DNA from: Chrysomallon squamiferum
Taxonomy: Eukaryota; Animalia; Mollusca
Assembly (NCBI GenBank): GCA_012295275.1
Contig: CM022665.1
Span: 46,996,001 to 47,060,000, forward strand
Reading direction: 5' to 3'
Length of the DNA: 64,000 nt
Made by a program: the position numbers and the translations under genes. Under the pieces are notes generated by a model. The model searched no databases. It was not told the origin of the DNA and was given only the letters and a program-made list of their open reading frames with translations. This document shows, one piece after another, positions 53,801 to 64,000 of this stretch. Numbering within the stretch: the first letter of the stretch is position 1; every line of letters starts with the position of its first letter.

Positions 53801-55907
53801 TATTATTCAATTTACTATCATTACAAAGTGAAAGCTATAATAGGCTATTAAAAAAATAAAAAAATTCCTGTCATAAAATTATTATATTTTTCATACATTT
53901 TTTTTCTTCTTAAATTAGCTGAATATTTAGGTCTCCAGACTGAAGTTTTAGAGACCTTGATTACCATTTTAAAATTCTCAAGCAAATGTTTAGACAGTTA
54001 ATACATTAAACACTGTTTTAGTGCATTAAATTTAGAGTGTGATATTTAAGTAATTTCTATTTATTTTCTTCTTCTTCTTTTGTTGACATATAAGCATTAA
54101 TTGTATTATTTTGGATTCAAGTCTAAGATTTTTGCATGAATCAATTTCAGGAAAACAAATGATGCAATATGTTTTAACATGTTCTGTCAATAAATTAAAA
54201 AGAGAAAAAAAAATGTTTAGAAAAAAATGTAGGAATAAAATAAAAAAGATATAAACAAAAATCACCTCCCTTTCATTAACAAAACAAGCAATAATATTAT
54301 GGTCATGGCATAAAAAGTACACATTATTATTATCATTTAATGTAACTTTTTTAAATCGTAAACTTAAATAAATACAATAAACATACACATTATAAAATGT
54401 AGCAATATGGTGTTTTACAAGTAAACAATAAAATTTAGTTTCTTTACAGAAATTTTCTTTTTCCAGCTGTTTATTACAGAAGTTAACTGACAGAAAATAA
54501 CCAACAAAATCAAAACCTAATGATCCTAACTTCATATTTGGTGTTTTTATTGTTGTTGTTGTTGTTGTTACTGTTATTATTATTATCATTATTACTAATA
54601 CTCACAAAATATAGGAAAACATTGATTCAAAACAACAAAAACATATTAATAAATTTTATTTTATTTTAATTTGGTATTCTTTCTAAACATCTAACAAAAG
54701 TATTTGTCTATAAACGTCATGTTCCTTTCATTTGAACTGAAAGTTTTGTTTTTATGAATGATTTTATCTACAGCTGAAACTCAAACTGGACTCATTGTTG
54801 GCATTGTTATAGCTGTTATTGTTATTCTTGCTTTGGTCGTTGTCATTGTCTTCCTCATCAGGAGACGCAGAAGGTATGGTTAATTTTCATGAAGTGTTCT
54901 TTATCTACTCACTGAGAAATCAGTTATAACTTTGTGAAATGTAACTCCAAATAATTGTCTTTAAGAAAGTTTCAGTGGACTGACATCACTTTCTTAGTTG
55001 TCAGAATTTAATTTAAATATATAATTGTGGTTTTTAAATCAATTACATGCTAAGATATTTTAACATCTTCATTAAACATAATTTCTAAATTTTTCTATTT
55101 CCAAACCAAGTTATTGTTTCAAACTAAACAAAACTCATTCACTCACTCACTTAATTGTAAGCACAAAACTAGTTTTTACAGACATTTTCTGTTTTTGATT
55201 CCAGTTATATTGATGGTGATATCTGTCATATAATTTATACATAGTATTTGTTTAAATTCCACATTTCAGGAAGTCACCTGGTGGCAAGTATAGGCCTGGT
55301 TCTGATATTTCTCTTCCTGAAATAGATAAAACAAGGTATATGAAACACACCATTTTTAATTTCATTCAAGAGTTCTCTAAATTTATGTTGTTAATATTGT
55401 ATTTAAAATTGGTAGGCATCAGTTGGCATACTTTTTCATTTCTCTTCCTTTTTCCTTATAAATACTTTATCACACTTTTGTAAATTAGCATTCATCATTT
55501 TTTTCATGTGAATTATTTTTAATATAGAACATTTTATTTTCTTATTCTGTAAACCCCCCACACACACATAAAAGAAGGTTTGAAAACATGAAAAAAAAGG
55601 GATTTTTTTATATATATATATAGAATATTCATTTGTAACCATTATTTATTCATTATTTTTTAAATAGACCTGTTAAAATGGCTGACTTCAAACGACATGT
55701 TGAAAAACTACACAAAGATTCAAATCTTCTCTTTTCTCAAGAGTATGAAGTAAGATCATTTAGTTTGTGTATTTTAAATTAATAAATACCCTTTGTTAAC
55801 TGTGTACATACCAACATTTTGAAAAATTATTTTATTTTCGTATCTTGAAACTTTTTTCTGACATGAAAATACCAAAAAAACAATCACATATTGAAAACAA
55901 ATATTTA

Positions 55908-55973
<66 letters not shown>

Positions 55974-56038
55974 GATGAATGTTACGAAAAACAAAACACA
56001 TTACAAAATATTAAATTTATTTTTGTTTGTTATTCTTT

Positions 56039-56069
<31 letters not shown>

Positions 56070-59000
56070 CACACACACATATTTTATCATTTTATTAAAA
56101 TTTGACAAATCTTTCTCACAAGTTCCAGATCTTGGAGTTTATTGTTTATTACATATCAACTAAATAGTTACGTTTTACAAACTTATATTATTTTGTATAT
56201 ATATATTTTCTTATTATTATTTTAATTTAAAATGTCTCTGTTTAATTTACACAGGACCTGACTTCTTTATCTCCTAATCACCCAAGATTGCATTCAGAAA
56301 TGGATGGGAATCGAGTGAAAAACAGATACGTCAACATTCTACCATGTATGTAGAACTAGTGAGAGTAATTCTGAGAACTTGTATCTGAGAATTTTACTAA
56401 CTTAAATAGAAAAAACATGTAGAAATTGTCTTAGTCAAGCATGACATAAAAATAAAACCAAAAAGATGTATGTAAAAATCTAGATGTAAATGACAAAGTG
56501 ATTCAGATCTATGTGGCTCACAGAATAATTATTATGAAAATATATTAATAGAATTTTGTCCCTTCATTTTTCTGTATTGGTGTAATAATGATCCAAATGG
56601 AAGCTTGATATTTCTTCTTGTGATAACAAAGATAAACATATATGCAAACATCATTAAACTGCCTTCCTGTTTCAATTAGTTATTAAAATTTGTTTGAAAG
56701 TAATTAGCAAAATAAATAACTCTCTCTCTCTCTCTCTCTGGAAAGTGAGTGTGGAATCTACGGATATAATTATTGTTGATAGGAATCCTTCAACTCACAG
56801 CCTTAATATCATCACATTTCAGTGACGACCAAAAAGATGTTTAATTTTCTCTGAAAAACAAGTTTATTTATTTTTTATTTTTGCTGTTTCAGTTGACCAC
56901 AGTCGAGTGAAGCTGCTGCCACTGGACGAGGATCCAGAGAGAGATGACTCCTCCGACTACATCAATGCCAACTACATCCCTGTGAGTGAATGTTTCTTAA
57001 CTTTCCATCCTGTTCAAACTACTTTAAGAAAAACTCTGAAGTTAAACGGTAAACTTCTTTAAGGTACTGGCAGATCAAAGAGATCTGATACCAACTTTGA
57101 TTCCAAAAGTCAGTGTAGAAATATTATATTTATTATTCAAAATATTAAAAAAAAAAAAAAAAAAAAACACAAGGAGGTTTAAATCATCTTTTCTAATCAC
57201 TCTTCTTATATGGGTTACTGGAGATGTAACCATTTTTGCCTGATGCATTTTAAAATTTTAAAACAAATTTTAATGAGTATTTCTATCTTTTTTTCTTTTT
57301 TTTTACCCTGATTAATTTTTTTAATATTTCTCTTTTCATTATTTGTAAGCACTGGATGACACCTAATAACTGTCAGTGTTATTCTTTACTCAACATCTAT
57401 CACTTTTTTTTTTTACTACTGTACAGATACAGTTACTTTATTTTAAATTCAGTGAACAAATGATGTAATTTGTTTCAAGGGCTACAAAGGACCTCGTGAA
57501 TATATTGCTACTCAGGGACCCATGACAGGCACAATTGCTGATTTCTGGAGAATGATGTGGGAACAGCACTCCACCCTTATTGTGATGCTGTCAGATCTCC
57601 AGGAGAAAGGAAAGGTCTGGATGAAATCTTATTTTCTTATTTTTAATATTGACACTAATAAGATGTGGCATATTTTACAAATTATAAATGTATTGAACAG
57701 AAACATAAACAGTCTTGTATTTTTATCCAAAATAACTTCATTGTATAGAAGATATAACAGATTAAATTTGACATTCTGACATATTATTATCTTCTTTTTT
57801 TTTGAATCTCTCAATTAATTTACTTGGAGATAATGCAGAAAGGGGTTTCTTTTTTGATTGTTTAAATGGTTATCATTTTCATTTCAGTCCATAAATCAGT
57901 GGGTAGTAATGACTTGAGACAAAAACATAATTTTATCATTTGATTTCAGACTTTCACCATATTCATCTTGATCAGAGTGTTATGTTCAACTTCTTGTGCT
58001 TATTATAAACACTTGGCTATTGGGTCTTCTCTAATCATCATCATCATCATCATCATTATTATTAATATTATTATTATTATTATTTTAAACATATCATATT
58101 GGCTTTGTTATTTGGTTTATTATGAGACTATAGGCACATAAAGATGATTGTTTTATGGTATTCTGCAGCCCAAGGTAGATCAGTACTGGCCAGGAAATCT
58201 ATATGAACCTGTCAATTATGGTGAGATAACTCTGGAACTGACAAGTATGTCCACAATGAACAAATTCACCATTCGAATTTTCAAAATGACTTTGGTAATA
58301 ATTTACTTTTTTTGCTGTTGATATTTTTTTTATTTTTTTATTTTTTATTTGTCCTTAAATAATTTTATTTGCTGCCTAATCATTTAAATGGATTAACTTG
58401 TAAATTATTTCTTATAAAAGAATTTCTAATTTTGAGACAAATCAACAAAAAATAATAATTACATATTGCTGCACAGAAAAATGTACAGATAACTGAAAGA
58501 ACAAGTTTTAATAATAAAAAAAAATAAAAAAACAAGCTGCAGTAATTACATTTTTCTTAAAAACTACTTTTCGCTACTACACTTTTAAATATTTATCATT
58601 TGAAATTTATTTTTATTTTTTCTTTGGTGGGATCTGACTAATAATAATATACTAAGAGTACAAAGCACCAAACAATCATGGTGTACTGTATACATGCATC
58701 CATTACTATTACTCTTACTATTACTCTTACTATTATTATTATTATAATTATTATTATCATCTGATCAGGGCAAAGAGGAGAGACTGGTTAGACAGTATTT
58801 CATTCCTGGCTGGGAGGACTACAGCGCCAACCTGACACCAGAAGATGTCATAAACTTTATTCAGACAATTCGTAGAGAAATTCGACCCACATCTGACTGT
58901 GGACCTATTGTAGTCCACTGCAGGTCAGTGGTTTAATATATTCACCTACCAGTTCTCAGTCGTATGGTCATATAGAGCAGGGTTTCAATATACGAGAGTG

Positions 59001-60531
59001 TCTCTTTCATAATACATAAAAAACAGTGGATTAAAATCAAAAGTTTGCTGAATATTTTTTTTTTTATCAATTCCTTTTCATTTCTATTCAGGTTGCTGAA
59101 TTTCAGTTAGAATGTTTCATTTACAATTGCTGGTGTTTGTAAATAAGTAAAAAAATAATGTTATTAATAAATATATTGCCACTTACAGTCCTGGTGTTGT
59201 GAATATGTAAGAGATAATTATAAATAAATATACTGTTACTTAGAGTGCTGGTGTTGTAAACATGCTACAGATAATTATAAATAAATATACTGTTACTTAC
59301 AGTGCTGGTGTTGTAAACATGCAACGGATAATTATAAATAAATATGCTGTTACTTACAGTGCTGGTGTTGTAAACATGCTACAGATAATTATAAATAAAT
59401 ATCCTGTTACTTACAGTGCTGGTGTTGTAAACATGCTACAGATAATTATAAATAAATATCCTGTTACTTACAGTGCTGGTGTTGTAAACATGCTACAGAT
59501 AATTATAAATAAATATACTGTTACTTACAGTGCTGGTGTTGTAAACATGCTACAGATAATTATAAATAAATATACTGTTACTTACAGTGCTGGTGTGGGA
59601 AGATCAGGGACTTTCATAGCTCTTGATGTCTTCCAGCAGTGGGTTGATGAACATGGACTTGATGATGAACTTGACGTGTTTGAGTATGTTCTGAAAATGA
59701 GAAACAACAGACAACATATGGTGCAAACTGAGGTAAATGCATAATCCTATGTATGTGTGTGTGTGTGTGTGCACTTACTGATTAATGGATCACTTTTACT
59801 GTCAGCAGTCAAGCACATGAATTGCAATGCTGAAAATCTACAATGACAAGACTATAAAAAGTTTCTGATTTAAAAGAAACTGCGACATTAAAACACGAGT
59901 TATCCTTTAGAAGACAAGTTTTACACTTCGACGTTACTTCATTAAAAATAAATTTATTGCTAATCTAACAAACCACCCGTACAGTCTGCTCTCATTTACG
60001 AATCTTATTTTACTTAGCATTTTCACACCTTTGTTAAATCATTGTACAGAAACAGTACATCTTCATCCATGACACTTTGAATGTGATGATAGAAAAGAGG
60101 AAGAGTATCCTGTGTCCACCTGACGACAACATCTACGCAAACAAAGATATGTTTGACAACAAAGCCTTTGGTAAGTATTTCTCATTATTTTTGTGTTTTT
60201 TGAAGGAATTTGTGGGTTTTATTTAGTGTTTGACAAGATACAATATTTTCATTTGTTTAAACTATGCTGGTACGTACTTCTGGTTTTATGGGGTTTCTTT
60301 TTTAAAAAAAGAAATTGGGTTCATTTTAATTTGGAGACAAAACATCTCAAATTTGCATTGGTCTCAATTACATTGATATGATTTTCCCAGGCATCAAACC
60401 CAAAAATAATATTTTATATACATTGGTGTCTCATTACGTTTTTATCACTGTTTACAGAGCCTGAAGAAGAGAATCTTTATCAGAATGTACAACAAATAAA
60501 GACTCCTAACACACCAACAACAGTGCTGTAA
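37401..60531 (+). CDS. Receptor-type protein tyrosine phosphatase B (paralog of A; 9x EB module, FN3, EB, FN3s, TM, single PTP domain), 5'-partial, 35 exons seen, one anomalous donor at ~52064
   Basis: Exons: 126-nt EB exons starting 37401, 38051, 38654, 39314, 39920, 40586, 41190, 41861, 42470; then 43601-43876, 44945-45076, 45625-45903, 46695-46994, 48133-48317, 48532-48733, 49042-49212, 49768-49899, 50600-50742, 51140-51250, 51537-51600, 51906-~52064, 52876-52998, 53425-53527, 53708-53778, 54774-54873 (TM), 55270-55335, 55668-55749, 56255-56345, 56893-56981, 57480-57614, 58169-58294, 58769-58923, 59588-59732, 60050-60170, 60458-60531 (TAA). Many exon lengths equal those of gene A (202, 171, 132, 143, 64, 103, 71, 100...). 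Confidence 0.88.
43965..44200. repeat. Degenerate ~30-bp intronic minisatellite
   Basis: Recurring AAACAATGGTTAAATTTAT(G/A)A-like unit, about 7 copies. Confidence 0.7.
49556..49767 (+). repeat. 52-bp minisatellite x4 ending at a splice acceptor
   Basis: TGTACAAG cores at 49561, 49613, 49665 and 49717; the last unit ends TTTTTGATTAG at the acceptor of exon 49768. Confidence 0.9.
59166..59597 (+). repeat. 57-bp minisatellite containing repeated splice acceptors (8 acceptor-like AGs)
   Basis: AG ends at 59188, 59245, 59302, 59359, 59416, 59473, 59530 and 59587, all 57 apart. Confidence 0.95.
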
Positions 60532-61020
60532 GCCTACAGTGCAGAGATGTATGTGATGGGATTTTCTTAAATCATGACTGAAGTAACTGTACATTCCAGG
60601 AACTTGTGTTTACTGATATACAACTGTTTAGTTTTTGAAACAGATTAAAAAAAAAAAAAAAAAAGTACAGTTATTTAATCAGAAAAAAAGACGAATATAA
60701 TGGTTTTGTGCATAATACCAATATTTTTAGTTTGTTAACCAAAAAAAAAAAAACCTGATTTCTTGGGATGTAGTATTAATATGGTTGTAGTGATTCAAAG
60801 CACAGAATATTTCATTGTGATCATTATTTTTATACAAATATACCTCTTTCTGCAAGAATTATCCTATCATTTCTTGGTGCAAAAAAATATATATATTTTT
60901 TTAAAAATGTGAATTCCTGTTCATTTCTATAGTTTAATCATACAAAGCCATGCATCTTTTTGAAACTTGATTTATAAATCAAAATAAATTATGAAAACTT
61001 GCTGGCACAATCAAATTTGC

Positions 61021-61360
61021 AAAATGACTTATACTTAAGTATTTTTCAGTGTTTCCTTAAAAATGACTTATTCTGAAGTATTTTTTGCTGTTTCCTTAAA
61101 AATGACTTATTCTGAAGTATTTTTCACTATTACCTTAAAAATGACTTACACTGGAATATTTTTCACTATTTCCTTAAAAATGACTTACACTGGAATATTT
61201 TTCACTATTTCCTTAAAAATGACTTACACTGGAATATTTTTCACTATTACCTTAAAAATGACTTACACTGGAATATTTTTCACTATTTCCTTAAAAATGA
61301 CTTACACTGAAGTATTTTTCACTATTTCCTTAAAAATGACTTACACTGAAGTATTTTTTC
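61021..61360 (+). repeat. 39-bp VNTR in the 3' region of RPTP-B (8 full units + partial)
   Basis: Same unit as 17350-17492, starting every 39 nt from 61021 to 61333. Confidence 0.92.
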
Positions 61361-61857
61361 ATCAAATCCTTTACTGAGTGTACAGCGTCATAAACCTTTT
61401 AATTCATTCTTTTTTTTTTCACAAACTAATCAAACACACGGTGAGAAATACTTCAGTGACTTGGTGACAAAAAGAAGAAAATTACAAAAACAACTTATCA
61501 ACCTGTAGTAGTAAAAAAAAAATAATAATAATAATTTTAAAAAATGTTTAAAAAGTCGTTAGTAGAGATAAATTAACAATTTTTGAAACTTGAAACTGAA
61601 ATTCAGAATAACCATTATTTTCATCATTGCTAGAACATTTTGAATTTGCAGAAATGTATATGCATATCATCACATTGTTATATGATGTGAAATATGATTG
61701 AAAAACAAGAGACTATATACAGATATATATACATAGATATATAGATATAGATATTGGCAAAATCTGCTAATTTATAGACAGCTGGTACAAATATATTACA
61801 AAATAATAAAATCTGCAAAACATCCAAACCAAATTAGTAAATGACTTAGATGTACAA

Positions 61858-61926
<69 letters not shown>

Positions 61927-62346
61927 AACAAAAACAATAATACTGATGATAATGATACTACTACTACTACTACTACTACTACTAATAATAATAATAATAA
62001 CAACAACAAAAACAATAATACTGATGATAATGATAATAACAATAATAATAATAATAATAATAATGTCATAATAATAATAACACAGTTGATTACAAAATTA
62101 TCATTACTTAGATGCTTATATAATTAATTACAGCTATGCTGTAATATATCAACAGTAACATTATATCCAAAATAATAAGTTATTATTATAAGTTTTGGTA
62201 TAGTTATATCTTTATCATAAGATATAAAAATCTATAAAGTGATGAAGGAAATGTTTGAAATTGTTATGCTAATGATTCAAAAAACATTAACAGAATATCA
62301 AAAATAGTTTTCATATAAAATAATTTTCCAAAGCATTTGTTTTTTC

Positions 62347-62392
<46 letters not shown>

Positions 62393-64000
62393 GGAGAAAA
62401 AAACAAAAACAAAGAAAGAAAATGAAACAAATTGTGAAATTGATCGCTAAAATTTTAAAATAAATATTTCTTCTTCTTCTTCTTATTATTATTATTTTTA
62501 TTATAATATATAATTTTTAATATCTCATATTTGTTATATAATAGTTGTATCTGTTAACTTGTTATATCTGCTAATATATTACTTATTTTGTTATTGTTTT
62601 GATTACTGACCCCTAAAACTTATTTCATAATCAGAAAAGAAAATTTATTTATCATATCCTCATTAACTATGCAGTGATTTTGATCTATGCACACAAATAT
62701 ATATATATATTTTCTATTTTTCTATGTTATTTTTATGCTTGATATATTCATATACAGATATATATATATAGAGAGAGAGAGAGAGATATTTTTAATATAT
62801 ATTAATTTAGAGAATTCCTTTTATTGATGTGCATAATAGTTGCTTTCATAACAATTGTATCATTTATACAAATTTTGATTTTCAGACACGATTTATTTTT
62901 TAATTTTGATTGTACTGTATGCATTTGAAATTAGTAGTATAACTGATCAGTCTAGTGCTTGAGAGATCCCTGACAAAAATTACTTATAAAGAGGTGGATT
63001 TTCAATTAAATATATAACACCTCAGTTTTATATGTATGGCATATTTTTAATTTTGTTCATATTTAGAAATGAAAAGTTTCATATATATAAAATCTGTTTA
63101 GAGAAAAAAAAAAAAAAGAAAAAAAAAAGTGTAAAATTTCCCAATACAGCAACAAAATTTTTTTTTTTTTTTTTTTTTTTGTAGCTAATGTCTCACATTA
63201 TAAAAACTTTTTTCTTTTACATATTTCTTTTAAATGCTTCTAGAGGATTCAACATTCAAAAGCATCTGTATTTTCAAGCTAATAAGTTTATATCATAATT
63301 TTATTCAAATGATCTCTAATTATTGTGTAGATGACGTCTCATTTATGAATTTGTATTGTGAATTATTTTGTTTATCAGTTGATTTGTTTCAAACGCTAAC
63401 AAAATGTACTTTTACTAAACATTTTGCATTGCAGTGTGAAGATTAACAAACAAATTGAATATGATCTTAAATATTAGTTGTTTTTCTTTTGTTTTTTGGG
63501 GTGGGTGTGATTTTTTTAATTTATTAATTTATTATTTTTGTTTGTTTGATTGTTTGTTTGTTTGTTTGTTGCATTTCTTCTTCTTCTTCTTTTATTTTTT
63601 AAATGAAGAAACCTGCCAAAAAAAAAATCACACAAACACACTTAAAAAAAAAGAAAACAATACTAATTGAGGAAATTAAAAGAAAAATCGCAGATTTTAA
63701 CATTATACATAATAATTTTAGTAATTCTTCATGTTAATTAAGTAGAATTATAATGTGCAGATCTGTAATTTTTTTTAATAAATTGTTCTTATTATGTATG
63801 TCTTATTATAACCAGAGGTTGCAGAACTTAGGTAAAACATAACACATATTTGTGCACTTCATTATCAATAATTAAGGGAATTATAATGATAAAAAAAAAA
63901 AGATAAAAAAAAAGCTTTTTGAGATACATATATATATTTTTTTATTTGTGTACTTACAGGTAGAATATGTTAACACAATTTTAGAACTAAACGCTTTTAC

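Larger units (their letters stand above)
54754..64000 (+). repeat. Segmental duplication/conversion tract, copy 2 (partner 11276-20090), running off the window end
   Basis: Collinear near-identity with copy 1, differing mainly in microsatellite/VNTR lengths and scattered substitutions. Confidence 0.95.

Noticed and set aside
54032-54589. 185-aa minus-strand ORF in the pre-TM intron of RPTP-B
   Set aside because: F/I/K/N-biased composition typical of AT-rich non-coding DNA; absent from the paralogous intron.
59166-61360. Regularly spaced repeats as a CRISPR-like array
   Set aside because: Head-to-tail units without unique spacers, no cas genes, eukaryotic intron/UTR context.
61063-61377. 104-aa ORF of MTYTGIFFTISLK repeats
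   Set aside because: A by-product of a stop-free 39-bp VNTR downstream of the RPTP stop codon.

Overview
AT-rich, microsatellite-rich, intron-containing animal DNA; an invertebrate such as a mollusc is my inference from composition and gene type only. All genes are on the + strand. The window holds two related receptor-type protein tyrosine phosphatase (R3-like, single PTP domain) genes. RPTP-A runs 271-16866 with its 5' end outside the window; RPTP-B runs 37401-60531 with its 5' end probably in the gap. Between them lie a low-complexity satellite block, an FBXO3-like F-box/SMI1-KNR4 gene (29484-35655, 3' end missing) and a 200-N gap. The two RPTPs have the same exon architecture but strongly diverged FN3/EB-module ectodomains. 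From about 20 nt before the transmembrane exon to the window end they become near-identical, introns included: variable ectodomains on a shared signalling module. Other signals: nine identical EB-module exons in a dimeric tandem array, an in-frame 57-bp array of duplicated splice acceptors inside the catalytic HCSAGxGR codons, a missing splice donor in RPTP-B just before the furin site, and a WED rather than WPD loop. Exons were read by eye from GT-AG boundaries and phase continuity; no transcript evidence or database search was available.
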